NCBI GenBank assembly: GCA_963422645.2
Contig: CAXXVO010000012.1
Coordinates: 128,001-192,000, forward strand
Source of the DNA: Alphaproteobacteria bacterium
GTDB taxonomy: Bacteria > Pseudomonadota > Alphaproteobacteria > UBA828
Direction of reading: 5' to 3'
DNA length: 64,000 nt
Positions 19,953-29,756 of the stretch are shown in pieces (within the stretch, counting starts at the first letter, position 1; each line of letters begins with the position of its first letter). The notes below the pieces were generated by a model that was given only the letters and a program-made list of their open reading frames with translations, searched no databases and was not told the DNA's origin. The position numbers and the translations under genes were made by a program.

Positions 19953-21479
19953 TTACCGGTTGGTCGGCCAGCGCGGCTGATTGTCGCTGCCCCAGCGGTT
20001 GATTCCGATATCGGTCTCGGCGCAGCGACGCCAGACCTCGGCAAGGGGCGGGATGAACGCCTTGTTCTTCGCCTCCAACCGCTCCTGATCGGCCTTGATG
20101 GCCGGCATCATGTCGCGCAGCTCGTCCATCAGCGCCTCTTCGTCGACCCGCGTGAGCCTGCCATCCTCCACCATGATCTCGCCGTTGACGATCACCGTCT
20201 CCACCGAGGAGCCATTCTCGCAATAGACCAGGTGGTTGCGCACATCGTTGAGCGGCGTGAAGTTGGCCGTGCGCATGTCGAGGATCGCCATATCGGCGCG
20301 CTTGCCGGGCTCCAGCGAGCCGATCTCGTCCTCCATGAGCACGCTGTAGGCGCCGCCGAGGGTCGCTGCGTGCAGCACCTCGTGGGCGTCGAGCCAGTAG
20401 GCGTTGTCGGGCGAAGAGATGTTGTGCATCAGGCCCGCGCACTGCATCACGCTGAACATGCGCGGCGTGTCGCTGGTGGACATCCCGTCCGAGCCCAGCG
20501 CCAGATTGACGCCGGAGTCGAGCAGCCGGCGCACCGCGCAGATGCCCGAGCCGAGCTTGAGGTTGGAGAGCGCGTTGTGGACCACCGAGCAGCGCGCCTC
20601 GCCCATCAGCGCGATGTCGTCGTCGGTGAGCCAGATGCCGTGCGCGATGGTGGTGTTGCGATTGAGCAGGCCGAGATCGTGCATGTAGCGGATCAGGGTC
20701 TTGCCGTAGAGCTCGCGGCCCGTGACCGCCTGAACCTTCGATTCCAGGATATGGGTGTGGAAGGGCAGCCCGTTCGCGCGCGCGAACTCGTCGGCGGCAT
20801 GCATCAGGGGCTCGGTGCAGCGCTGGGGGCCGGAGGGTGCCGGCATGAAGCGGAGCCTGCCGGCCCGGTTGTGATAGAGGGAGAGCGCCTCCTCGCAGAA
20901 CGCGACGAACTCGTCCGCCGTCGGCGGCTCCATCTCGTCGATCTCTCTCTTGAGTTCGCCCGGCAGAAGGTCGTTCAGATAGACGATCGAGTCGGGCAGC
21001 TTGCGGTTGATCACGTGGCCCGAGATGGAGGCGCGCAAGCCCACATCCTCGTAGGCCTGAAACACCGCGCCGATGCTCTCCATGGACTGCAGCGGGAATT
21101 CGAGAATGTCGTCGGAGAAGAATGTCACGCCCGTCTTGATCGCATCCATGGCGCAGAGCGCCGAGCGCAGATAGATCATGCGCGGGGTAAGCTCGGCGGC
21201 GCCAAGGATGCCGTATGCGAGCGTCATCCAGAGCTCCAGCGGCATGTTGTCGTAGCGCCCCTTGGCGAAGGCCTCCGGCGTGTGGATGTGGCCGTTGATG
21301 AGGCCGGGGATTACCAGCTTGCCCTGGCCGGGAATCACCCGTTCGGCCTCGACGTCGGGTGCGGTCTCGCCGATGGCGGCGATGCGCTCGCCCTCGATCA
21401 GGATGTTGCCCTGGAAGGGCTCGCTCCCGTGCTCCGGGTCCATCGAAACGATGGTGGCCCCCTCGATCAGTATGGACAT
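19953..21479 (-). CDS. Metal-dependent amidohydrolase (AtzA/TrzA/SAH deaminase-like)
   Basis: PGLINGHIH, HTHILES, ALGSDG, GSLEPGKRAD. Confidence 0.9.
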   Translation of the reverse strand: MSILIEGATIVSMDPEHGSEPFQGNILIEGERIAAIGETAPDVEAERVIPGQGKLVIPGLINGHIHTPEAFAKGRYDNMPLELWMTLAYGILGAAELTPRMIYLRSALCAMDAIKTGVTFFSDDILEFPLQSMESIGAVFQAYEDVGLRASISGHVINRKLPDSIVYLNDLLPGELKREIDEMEPPTADEFVAFCEEALSLYHNRAGRLRFMPAPSGPQRCTEPLMHAADEFARANGLPFHTHILESKVQAVTGRELYGKTLIRYMHDLGLLNRNTTIAHGIWLTDDDIALMGEARCSVVHNALSNLKLGSGICAVRRLLDSGVNLALGSDGMSTSDTPRMFSVMQCAGLMHNISSPDNAYWLDAHEVLHAATLGGAYSVLMEDEIGSLEPGKRADMAILDMRTANFTPLNDVRNHLVYCENGSSVETVIVNGEIMVEDGRLTRVDEEALMDELRDMMPAIKADQERLEAKNKAFIPPLAEVWRRCAETDIGINRWGSDNQPRWPTNR

Positions 21480-21512
21480 GCTCTCCCCTCCCCCGTTTCC
21501 GGCGCCTCGAAC

Positions 21513-22598
21513 TCACGCCGGCAGCACATAGGTATCCTCCGCCCGCCAGGACGCGCGAAATGTCTGGCCCGGCGTGATGTCGACCGTGTCGAGCTCGTGC
21601 GCCTGCTTCTGGACGCGAAACACCGCACCGCCGCCGATATCGAGGTGCAGCGTCACCACCGAGCCGATGAACTCCTCGCTGATCACGGTGCCGGTGACGG
21701 CGTTGTTGTGCGCCTCGGTCTCCGCGTTGAGGGCGACCCGGTCGGCGCTCACCACCAGATTGAGCGACTCGCCCAGCGCCGGCGCGCGCGCCGGCGGCAC
21801 CGCAGCTTCGACACCGCCGTGGGCGGTCTCCACGCCGATGCGCCCGCCATCGGCGGAGCGCACGCGCCCTTCGATGATGTTGTTGGTGCCGACGAACTCG
21901 GCGACGAAGCGGTTGGCGGGCGCGCGGTAGACCTCGCGCGGCGCGCCGATCTGCTGGATGAGGCCCGCGTCCATGATGACGACGCGGCTCGCCATGGCAA
22001 AGGCCTCGGACTGGTTGTGGGTCACGTAGACGAAGGTGATGCCGAGCCGGCGCTGAAGCTCGGTAATCTCCGCCTGCATTCGGACCCTGAGATGGGCATC
22101 CAGCGCGCTCAACGGCTCGTCGAGCAGGAGGATGCGCGGCTCGGTTACCAGTGCACGAGCGAGCGCCACCCGCTGCCGCTCGCCGCCGGAGAGCTGTGCG
22201 ATGTTGCGGTTGGCGTAATCGGCGATGCCGACCTGCTCCAGCCACTTGAGCGCCCTCGCGCGCCGCTCCCTGGCCGGCATGCGGCGCATCTTCAGGCCGA
22301 ATTCGACATTCCCGCGCACGCTGAGATAGGGGAAGAGCGCGAGGCTCTGCCACACCATGGGTGTGTCGCGTTCCCAGGGCTTGCGCTCGTTGATTCGCTC
22401 GCCGTTGAGCCGCACCTCCCCGCTGGTGGGCTCCTCAAGGCCTGCGATCATGCGCAGCGTCGTGGTTTTGCCGCAGCCGGACGGCCCCATGAGCGCGATG
22501 AACTCGCCCTCCGCGATTTCCAGGTCAATTCCGCTCACGGCCTCGTGCTCGCCGAAGCGCTTGGTCAGGCCATCGAGCTCCAACAGGGGTTCAACCAT
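21513..22598 (-). CDS. ABC transporter ATP-binding protein (PotA-like)
   Basis: GPSGCGKT, LSGGERQR, LLDEP, C-terminal TOBE-like region. Confidence 0.95.
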   Translation of the reverse strand: MVEPLLELDGLTKRFGEHEAVSGIDLEIAEGEFIALMGPSGCGKTTTLRMIAGLEEPTSGEVRLNGERINERKPWERDTPMVWQSLALFPYLSVRGNVEFGLKMRRMPARERRARALKWLEQVGIADYANRNIAQLSGGERQRVALARALVTEPRILLLDEPLSALDAHLRVRMQAEITELQRRLGITFVYVTHNQSEAFAMASRVVIMDAGLIQQIGAPREVYRAPANRFVAEFVGTNNIIEGRVRSADGGRIGVETAHGGVEAAVPPARAPALGESLNLVVSADRVALNAETEAHNNAVTGTVISEEFIGSVVTLHLDIGGGAVFRVQKQAHELDTVDITPGQTFRASWRAEDTYVLPA

Positions 22599-22676
22599 CG
22601 CGCGATACCTGGCTAGACCGGTGCCCTGAGGCGGCCGAGCAAGCGAGCGCCGTCGACTTGCTCAAGGACCGAGGTA

Positions 22677-22919
22677 TCAAACTCGAAGCGATGACTCATG
22701 AGCCTGCTCGCGGACGCGTGCCAGTTCGAAAGAACCTCGTCCACGCCTGAGCTTGCCGCGCAACGGCGCGAGGCGTGCATGACCGAGACGCCGGTGCTGC
22801 GGCAAAAAGCCGCTCGAGTCCTCCTGCAGTTCGAGCTGGTCGCCGTACTTGATGCCCGTAGCCTTCAGGACGCGAGCTGCCAAGGCGGCCAAGTGTCTCA
22901 ATGTCACAGTCACAAACAT
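22677..22919 (-). pseudogene. Degenerate AbrB/MazE-like antitoxin, followed by a few codons resembling a PIN toxin start
   Basis: MFVTVT...LKATGIKYGDQLEL pattern; overlapping FDTSVL resembles a VapC N-terminus. Confidence 0.45.
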
Positions 22920-22944
22920 CACCCTTCTCCGCACCGCCCCCCCC

Positions 22945-23754
22945 CTAAACCGGTGCCTTGAGGCGGCCGGTGCCGCGGCGGGTCAGCAGAAAGACCTGCG
23001 CCAGGATAACGAGCGTGATGGAAACCGCGAAGCAGACGCTGCCGACCGCGTTGATCCGGGGGCTCACCTGCCCCTGCATCATGTTCAGCACGCGCACGGG
23101 CAGGGTCTCGTTCACGCCGCCGACAAAGAACGCGATCATGAACTCATCGAACGAGACGGCTGCGGTGAGGAAGAGCGCCGCGAAGATCGAGGGCATGGTG
23201 AAGGGCAGGATCACGTACACCATCGCCCGCCAGTTGGTGGCGCCGAGGTTCCAGGCGGCCCGCTCCAGGTCCGGGTCCATCTGCGAGAGGCGCAGGCGGA
23301 TCAGCGCCATGGCGAAGGGCGTGCAGTACACCACGTGCGAGAAGATCACCGAGTGGAGCTCGCCCACCAGGCTCACACGGCCCAGGAACATCAGCATGAC
23401 AAGCCCTAGAATCAGCACCGGAATCGTCGGCGGCAGCAGGGCCAGGGCGAGGTAGACGTTCTTGCCGAAGAAGCGGTAGCGGAAGTCGGTGTACGCGGTC
23501 GCAAAGCCGATGAAGGTGGAGATGGCCGCGACCGAGAGCCCGACGATGATGCTGGAGCGAAAAGCGCGCGGCACCGGCGCCTCGTTCCAGATCGCCTCGT
23601 ACCAGACCGTGGAGAAGGTCTCGATCGGCAGGACCGGGAAGCGCCCCTCGTTGAAGGAGAAGATGAAGCTGATCACGATCGGCACGAAGATGAAGCCGAG
23701 CGCCACGAACACGTAGCCCAGAAGCGAGCCGCGGATGATGCGGTCGAGGCTCAT
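22945..23754 (-). CDS. ABC transporter permease (PotC-like)
   Basis: LERAAWNLGA EAA loop, SFDEF, TLPVR. Confidence 0.92.
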   Translation of the reverse strand: MSLDRIIRGSLLGYVFVALGFIFVPIVISFIFSFNEGRFPVLPIETFSTVWYEAIWNEAPVPRAFRSSIIVGLSVAAISTFIGFATAYTDFRYRFFGKNVYLALALLPPTIPVLILGLVMLMFLGRVSLVGELHSVIFSHVVYCTPFAMALIRLRLSQMDPDLERAAWNLGATNWRAMVYVILPFTMPSIFAALFLTAAVSFDEFMIAFFVGGVNETLPVRVLNMMQGQVSPRINAVGSVCFAVSITLVILAQVFLLTRRGTGRLKAPV

Positions 23755-24647
23755 CGCCGCGCCCGCCCGTGGCCGTAAGCGAAATAGAGCGCGGTGAAGG
23801 CGACCACGATGAGGGTCGCCACCATGGTCACCGCCACCACCGCGGCGCGCGGCCAGTGATTGCCCTGTTTCACCGTGTCTACGATCAGAATACTGAGCGT
23901 CGGCGGCCTGCTCCCGCCGAGGCTCACCGGGCTCACGAAGTCGCCGAAGCAGAGGATGAAGGTGAAGGTCGCGGCCAGGATCAAGCCCACCTTGGCCGAC
24001 GGGATGATCACCAGGAAGATGGTCCTTATCCGCCCGCAGCCGAGATTGTGAGCGGCTTCGATCAGGCTCCGGTCGATGTTCGCCAGGCTGAAGAGCTGGA
24101 GCAGGATGACCAGCGGCAGGCAGAGCGTCAGATAGCCGACCACGGTGCCGAAGAGCGTGTTCAGCATCTCCACCGGGCCGAAGCCGAGAAAGTCGAAGAG
24201 CGTGTTCAGGATGCCGTTGTCGGAGATCACCGCCTGCCAGGAATAGACCCGCACGACGTAGCTGGTGAAGAAGGGCGTGATGAGCAGGAAGATCCCGAGG
24301 CGCCGCGTCGCGGGCGAGACCTTGAAGGCGAGCGCGTAGGATGCGGGAAAAGCCAAGACACTGCACACCACGGCCGCGAGCACACCGTAGCCGAGCGTGC
24401 GCAGATAGGTGTCCACGACATAGCCCTTGCTCCACATATTGACCCAGTTGACGGTGTCGAAATCGGGCTCGAGCCGGAAGTTCTTCACCGACCAGAAGGT
24501 CATCACGACGAGGAACGCGAGCGGGGCGAGGAAAAACACCCCCTGCCAGAGCGCGAGCGGCAGGCCCCAGAAGAGCGCGTAAGCGTCGGGCCGAGATGCG
24601 TTGCGGCCGGCGGAGGCCGTTACGCCTTCAGTCTCGGCAACAGCCAT
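23751..24647 (-). CDS. ABC transporter permease (PotB-like)
   Basis: LIEAAHNLGC EAA loop, TM segments, ATGA overlap with the next gene. Confidence 0.92.
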   Translation of the reverse strand: MAVAETEGVTASAGRNASRPDAYALFWGLPLALWQGVFFLAPLAFLVVMTFWSVKNFRLEPDFDTVNWVNMWSKGYVVDTYLRTLGYGVLAAVVCSVLAFPASYALAFKVSPATRRLGIFLLITPFFTSYVVRVYSWQAVISDNGILNTLFDFLGFGPVEMLNTLFGTVVGYLTLCLPLVILLQLFSLANIDRSLIEAAHNLGCGRIRTIFLVIIPSAKVGLILAATFTFILCFGDFVSPVSLGGSRPPTLSILIVDTVKQGNHWPRAAVVAVTMVATLIVVAFTALYFAYGHGRARR

Positions 24648-24711
24648 GAACTAGGTCGTGTACGCGCACCCGGAAATTGGGGGGCCGCGAACGCGCGGCC
24701 CCCGCTTGACG

Positions 24712-25860
24712 TTAAATGTTCTTGTATTCGTTCCAGACCTCGGTCCAGTCGTCGATCGACTGCTGCTCCGGGGTCTTGCGAAGCTGGATCTTGCCGTCCT
24801 TGTACTCGTCCATGACGTTCCGCTTGTCGAAGCGGTGCCGCAGCAGGTCGGACAATTCGGGATCGTTCTCGTTGAGCGCCTCCCAACCCTTCTTGTTCGG
24901 AATCGAGGCGTTGTAGGAGGGCTTGGCCGCGACGCGCCACTGCCCCTCGGGGCTGGCCAGGTACTGAATGAACTTCGCGGCCAGGTCCTGCTTCTCGGAC
25001 CCGGCGCCGATCGAGCACGACTCGGTCCACTGGATACCGCCCTCATCCGGGATGGTGGTGGTGATCGGCAGGCCGCCCCTGTGCAGGATGATCGAGATCC
25101 ACTCGCCGATGCCGGGCATGACCCAGGCGTCCTGGTTGGTCATCGAGGTGAACACGTCGGCCATGGCGTAATAGCCGGCAAGCTGCGGCGCCAACGAGAA
25201 GGTGGTGTCGCGCAGCTTGTCGAACGCCGCGTCGTCGATGTTGAAGGGGTCCTTGTTGCCGTTGTAGAGGCTCAGGCACCCCATGGTCGGCAGATACCAG
25301 TCGAAGTGGCCGACCTTGCCCTTCACCTTGTCTTCCCACATTACGCCGTAGCTGCTGCAATCCGCCTCGCTGAGGTGATCGGTGTTGTGGACGAGGCCGA
25401 GATAGCCGAAGTCCACCATCACCGAGTAGAGATCGCCGTCCAGCCAGTGGCCCTCGAGTTGCTGGAACTCGGGCCAGAAGTCGTCGAAGGGATAGTCGGC
25501 CGGGTTCATCTTGTCGATGAAGCCGGCATCGCGCAGCTGCACGATGTACTCGCGGTCAGACAGAATGACGTCGTAGGTGCCGGGCGGCGACTGGTTGACG
25601 AGGGCGAGCATTTGCTCGCCGCCGACATATTCCTTGCCGACGATCTTGACGCCGTGCTCCTGCTCGAAGGGCTCGACGATGAAGGGGTCGGCATGGCCCG
25701 GCCAGCTCAGATAAGTGAGCGTGTTTTCCTGCGCGCCGGCCCGGCGGCCGGCGAGGGTGCTGGAGAGCGCCGCCGTGCCGGCGACCGCCGTTGCACCCTT
25801 CAAGAATCCGCGCCGCGACAGGCGCCAGCCGCGCGGGTCACTGTTCCACATGTTACCCAT
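24712..25860 (-). CDS. ABC transporter substrate-binding protein (PotD-like), Tat signal
   Basis: SRRGFLK twin-arginine motif, LSWPGH, PDEGGIQW. Confidence 0.9.
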   Translation of the reverse strand: MGNMWNSDPRGWRLSRRGFLKGATAVAGTAALSSTLAGRRAGAQENTLTYLSWPGHADPFIVEPFEQEHGVKIVGKEYVGGEQMLALVNQSPPGTYDVILSDREYIVQLRDAGFIDKMNPADYPFDDFWPEFQQLEGHWLDGDLYSVMVDFGYLGLVHNTDHLSEADCSSYGVMWEDKVKGKVGHFDWYLPTMGCLSLYNGNKDPFNIDDAAFDKLRDTTFSLAPQLAGYYAMADVFTSMTNQDAWVMPGIGEWISIILHRGGLPITTTIPDEGGIQWTESCSIGAGSEKQDLAAKFIQYLASPEGQWRVAAKPSYNASIPNKKGWEALNENDPELSDLLRHRFDKRNVMDEYKDGKIQLRKTPEQQSIDDWTEVWNEYKNI

Positions 25861-25963
25861 GAAGTTTCTCCCCTACATGTTCTCTGGTCATTGTAGCAGA
25901 ACTGGCCTATCTCCCCACCGTCACGGCGCGGCCTTCATTACCGCGCGCCACGGGAGAAGAGCA

Positions 25964-27007
25964 GTGCTGCAACTCGGGCTCGTGCTCGGCTATTCTGGCC
26001 GGGACTTCGCCATCGACATTGACCTGATCCGCGAGGCGGAGTCTCTCGGCTACCAGTCGATCTGGACCTCCGAGGCTTATGGCTCGGACGCGGTGACTCC
26101 GGCCGCCTGGATCCTGGCCCAGACCGAGCGGATGACGGTCGGCACCGCGCTCATGCAGATGCCGGCGCGCACGCCGGCCTGCGCCGCCATGACCGCGATG
26201 ACCCTGCAAGCGCTCTCGGGCGGCCGCTTCGTACTCGGCGTCGGGCCGTCCGGGCCGCAGGTGATCGAGGGCTGGCACGGGGTCGCTTACGGCAAGCCTC
26301 ACGAGCGGCTTCGGGAATACGTCTCGATCGTGCGCCGCATCGTGGCGCGGGAGGAGCCGGTCGTCCACGAGGGCATGCACTACGCCATGCCCTATCGCGG
26401 CCCGGATTCCACCGGGCTCGGCAAGCCGTTGAAGAGCATCATCCACGCCCGCCAACCGCTTCCGATCTACACCGGTTCGGTCTCGCCTGCGGGTCTGAGG
26501 CTCGCCGGCGAGATCACCGACGGCCTGTTCCCGCTATTCATGATGCCGGAGCGCGCTCACGTCTATCGCGAGCCGCTGGTCGAGGGCTTCCGCCGGGGCG
26601 GCCACGGCGAGCGGCGCGAGGACTTCGCCATCGCCCCCTTCGTCGACGTGAAGATCGACGACGATCACACCCGCGCCCTGCTCTCGGTTAAGCAGTCGCT
26701 CGCACTCTACGTCGGCGGCATGGGCGCACGGGGCCGCAACTTCTACAACGACTACGCGCGCCGGCTCGGCTTCGGCGAGGCCGCCGAAGTCATCCAGGAC
26801 CGCTTTCTCGCCGGCGACAAGCAAGGCGCGGTGATGGCCGTGCCCGACGAGTTCGCCGACGGCATCGCCCTGGTCGGGCCGAAGGCGCACATCAGGGAGC
26901 GGCTTGCGGCATGGAAGCAGGCGGAGGCCGAGGGCTCAGTGACGGCGCTCCTGCTCGCCGGCGCCGGGCGCGAGGAAATCCGCTTCCTCGCCGAGGAGCT
27001 TCTCTAA
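25964..27007 (+). CDS. LLM-class (luciferase-like) oxidoreductase, probably F420-dependent
   Basis: WTSEAYGSDA, LSGGRFVLGVGPSGPQVIEGWHG, LYVGGMGA. Confidence 0.88.
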   Translation: MLQLGLVLGYSGRDFAIDIDLIREAESLGYQSIWTSEAYGSDAVTPAAWILAQTERMTVGTALMQMPARTPACAAMTAMTLQALSGGRFVLGVGPSGPQVIEGWHGVAYGKPHERLREYVSIVRRIVAREEPVVHEGMHYAMPYRGPDSTGLGKPLKSIIHARQPLPIYTGSVSPAGLRLAGEITDGLFPLFMMPERAHVYREPLVEGFRRGGHGERREDFAIAPFVDVKIDDDHTRALLSVKQSLALYVGGMGARGRNFYNDYARRLGFGEAAEVIQDRFLAGDKQGAVMAVPDEFADGIALVGPKAHIRERLAAWKQAEAEGSVTALLLAGAGREEIRFLAEELL

Positions 27008-27033
27008 CGGGGATTGTCGGCGGGAGGCGCACC

Positions 27034-27687
27034 GTGAGGCGCTGGCTGATCGGGCCGGCGCTCGCGGTCTGCGCCGCCCTGCTCGCCACCTGCGAAACCG
27101 CGCCGCCGCCGATCGCGCCCGACGACGAGGGCCCGCGCACCCACCTCATCCAGGTTGCCAGCAACGGCTGGCACACGGCGATCGTCGTGCCCGTGCCGGC
27201 AATCGCAGCCACCGGCCTGCTACCCGAGACGGCGGACTTCCCCGGCGCCCGCTTTCTCGAATTTGGATGGGGGGACCGCGTCTACTATCCGGCGGAGGAG
27301 AAGTCCATCGGCATGACCCTCGCCGCCGCGCTTGCGCCGACTCCGGCGGTGATGCACATGGCGGGGCTCGCGGACGCGCCGAGAGAGGGCGGTTCCAGCC
27401 GCGAGGTCGTCACTGTGGCGCTAACCGAGGCTGGCTTTCTCAGACTGATCGAAGCGCTCGCGGCGGAGTTCGAGCGCTCCGCTGGCGGCCGTGCCGCCTC
27501 CGTCGCTCGCGGCCTCTATCCGGGCAGCCGCTTCTACAACGCCCGCGGCTCGTTCCACCTTCTCAACACGTGTAACACCTGGACGGCGCGCATGTTGCAC
27601 GCCGCCGGCGTCGCCGTCTCTCCCTCGGGTGTCGTGACCGCCGACGGGCTGATGTCCCGCCTGCGGGCGGCGCTAGCCGTCTATTGA
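27034..27687 (+). CDS. DUF2459-like lipoprotein
   Basis: Signal peptide ending LATC; NGWHT, FGWGDR, NTCNTWTA. Confidence 0.75.
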   Translation: MRRWLIGPALAVCAALLATCETAPPPIAPDDEGPRTHLIQVASNGWHTAIVVPVPAIAATGLLPETADFPGARFLEFGWGDRVYYPAEEKSIGMTLAAALAPTPAVMHMAGLADAPREGGSSREVVTVALTEAGFLRLIEALAAEFERSAGGRAASVARGLYPGSRFYNARGSFHLLNTCNTWTARMLHAAGVAVSPSGVVTADGLMSRLRAALAVY

Positions 27688-28011
27688 GCTCAGCGCCACT
27701 TCGCGGGAATCGTGGATCGGAATGATCTTGTCGAAGCCGCTGATCTCGAACACTTCCTTGACCGGGCCGGAAAGCGAGCATAGCGCGAACTTGGCGTCCC
27801 GCTTCCACAGGGTCTTGGCGGTCATCAGCACGGCGCGGAGCCCCGCACTGCTGATGTAGGAGAGCTTCTCGAAGTCCATGATCACGGCACGATCGCCGTC
27901 TTCGATCTTGGTTCGGATCGCTTCCTCGAAATCGCGGGCATTGGTGCTGTCGATGCGCCCATTCACACGAGCGGTCAGGGCGCTGTCACCGCGTTCGATC
28001 GTCAACTCCAT
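27673..28011 (-). CDS. STAS-domain anti-sigma factor antagonist
   Basis: GRIDS, YISSAGLR, VFEISGF. Confidence 0.9.
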   Translation of the reverse strand: MELTIERGDSALTARVNGRIDSTNARDFEEAIRTKIEDGDRAVIMDFEKLSYISSAGLRAVLMTAKTLWKRDAKFALCSLSGPVKEVFEISGFDKIIPIHDSREVALSSIDG

Positions 28012-28123
28012 TGCCGTCGTCTCCTGTGGCCATGTTGCCGCGATCATACAGCGTGTTCGCGATACGCCACACCCCAAATCGCCTGAGTCCCGCGGCGGCG
28101 CGGCGTACCCCGCCGCCGCGATG

Positions 28124-29464
28124 TCAGTCGTCTACCTCGGGCATCAGCACGAACTCGGGATAGGACTCGATTCCAAGCTCCGCCGCATCCTGGCCAAGCT
28201 CCTCGTGCACGGGCGGGATCCGCGCTCCCAGCGGGGACTTGTCGATGATGAACCACGCCAGGAACGATGTGCCGAACACGAAGGCGCCGATGGCGAGGAT
28301 GCCGATGATCTGCACGCCAGGATCGCCACCCGCCGCGATGCAGACCGCCAGCGTTCCCCATATGCCCGCGAAGAGATGCGCCGGAACCGCGCCGACCACA
28401 TCGTCCACCTTGATGATCTCCAACAGCCTCACGCCGAGGACGACGATGGCGCCGCCGATTGCGCCGATGATGACGGCCCAGTAGTGATCGACGATGTCCG
28501 GTCCCGCCGTGATCGCCACCAGGCCCGCGATGGCGCCGTTCAGGCTGGTGACCAGGTCGACACGCCCCATGATCGGCCGCGAGAGCGAGATCGCAGCAAG
28601 CACGCCGGCCGCCGCCGCGAGGTTGGTGTTGGCCAGGATGTTGCTCAGCGCCACCGCATCGATGGCACCGCTCAGCGCCAGTTGCGAGCCACCGTTGAAC
28701 CCGAACCAGCCAAGCCAGAGGATGAACACGCCGAGCGTCACCGCCGGCACGTTCGAGGGCGCTGTGGTCTTGACGCTTCCATCGGCGCGGAACTTGCCTT
28801 TCCGCGCGCCGATGACGATGGCGCCGGCGAGCGCCGCCCAGCCGCCAGTCGAATGCACGATCGTGGACCCGGCGAAATCCTGGAACCCCATCTGGGCGAG
28901 CCAGCCGCCGCCCCAGGTCCAGGAACCGATCACCGGATAGATGAAGGCAGTCAGCAGCGCGATGTAGATGAAGAAGGACCAGAGCTTCACGCGCTCCGCC
29001 AGGGTGCCCGAGACGATCGAGGCGGTGGTCGCCACGAACACCATCTGGAAGAACCAATCGGACATCGTGGAATAGCCGTTCCCGATGACGGCCTCGGCCG
29101 CGGCTTCGTCGCCTCCGAGCAGCGCGATCTCCTCGGGCGTCGTAGAGTAGGGCAGCGCGAACGACCCCACCCAGCTCCCGACATCCACGTACATCAGGTT
29201 GTAGCCGACCAGGTAGTAGGTGAGGCCGGCGATGGAATAGAGGCCGATGTTCTTCAGGCAGATGACCGAGGCGTTCTTGGTCCGCACCGAACCGGCTTCC
29301 AGCATGGTGAAGCCGGCGCACATCCACATCACCAGCGCGCCCCAGATGAGGAACGAGAAGCTGTTGAGGATGAATTGTGTCTCGGCGGCTACCGCGGCGT
29401 ATGCCTGCGGCACCACGAACACCAGCGAGACCGTGAACATGAGGATCAGACCGATGGTCCTCAT
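28124..29464 (-). CDS. amtB: Ammonium transporter
   Basis: FFQMVF, DFAGSTIVH, GWFGFNGGS, DDVVGAVPAH. Confidence 0.93.
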   Translation of the reverse strand: MRTIGLILMFTVSLVFVVPQAYAAVAAETQFILNSFSFLIWGALVMWMCAGFTMLEAGSVRTKNASVICLKNIGLYSIAGLTYYLVGYNLMYVDVGSWVGSFALPYSTTPEEIALLGGDEAAAEAVIGNGYSTMSDWFFQMVFVATTASIVSGTLAERVKLWSFFIYIALLTAFIYPVIGSWTWGGGWLAQMGFQDFAGSTIVHSTGGWAALAGAIVIGARKGKFRADGSVKTTAPSNVPAVTLGVFILWLGWFGFNGGSQLALSGAIDAVALSNILANTNLAAAAGVLAAISLSRPIMGRVDLVTSLNGAIAGLVAITAGPDIVDHYWAVIIGAIGGAIVVLGVRLLEIIKVDDVVGAVPAHLFAGIWGTLAVCIAAGGDPGVQIIGILAIGAFVFGTSFLAWFIIDKSPLGARIPPVHEELGQDAAELGIESYPEFVLMPEVDD

Positions 29465-29756
29465 GCGGGACTTGCCGGCGAATCTGAAGGGTGTGAAGCC
29501 CAGGCGAGAGAGGCCCGGCAGCGCTTCGCGCGTAGCTCTCCGATCATGCCGCATCGTTCGATCCCTGTCCTCGGGTTCACACTTACGCAAACCATGACCA
29601 CGCTCGCCGGGGCTGTCAAATGTTCTCGCAAAGGGTCATCGCACCCGTCTGAAGCAACGCCCATAATCTTATGATGTAGTGAATTTTCTCTCCAAGAGCG
29701 GCACGGCGCGTGCTGCTGGTCTCGCCCGCTTCCGTACCGCTCGAGTCGTCATCTGC

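Noticed and set aside
19698-22616. Long antisense or alternative-frame ORFs (972 aa here; also 2078-3586, 9952-11847, 34522-37155, 38462-40759, 50229-52028)
   Set aside because: Shadow frames of high-GC genes; Arg/Ala/Pro-rich, no motifs, and they overlap clearly recognisable CDSs
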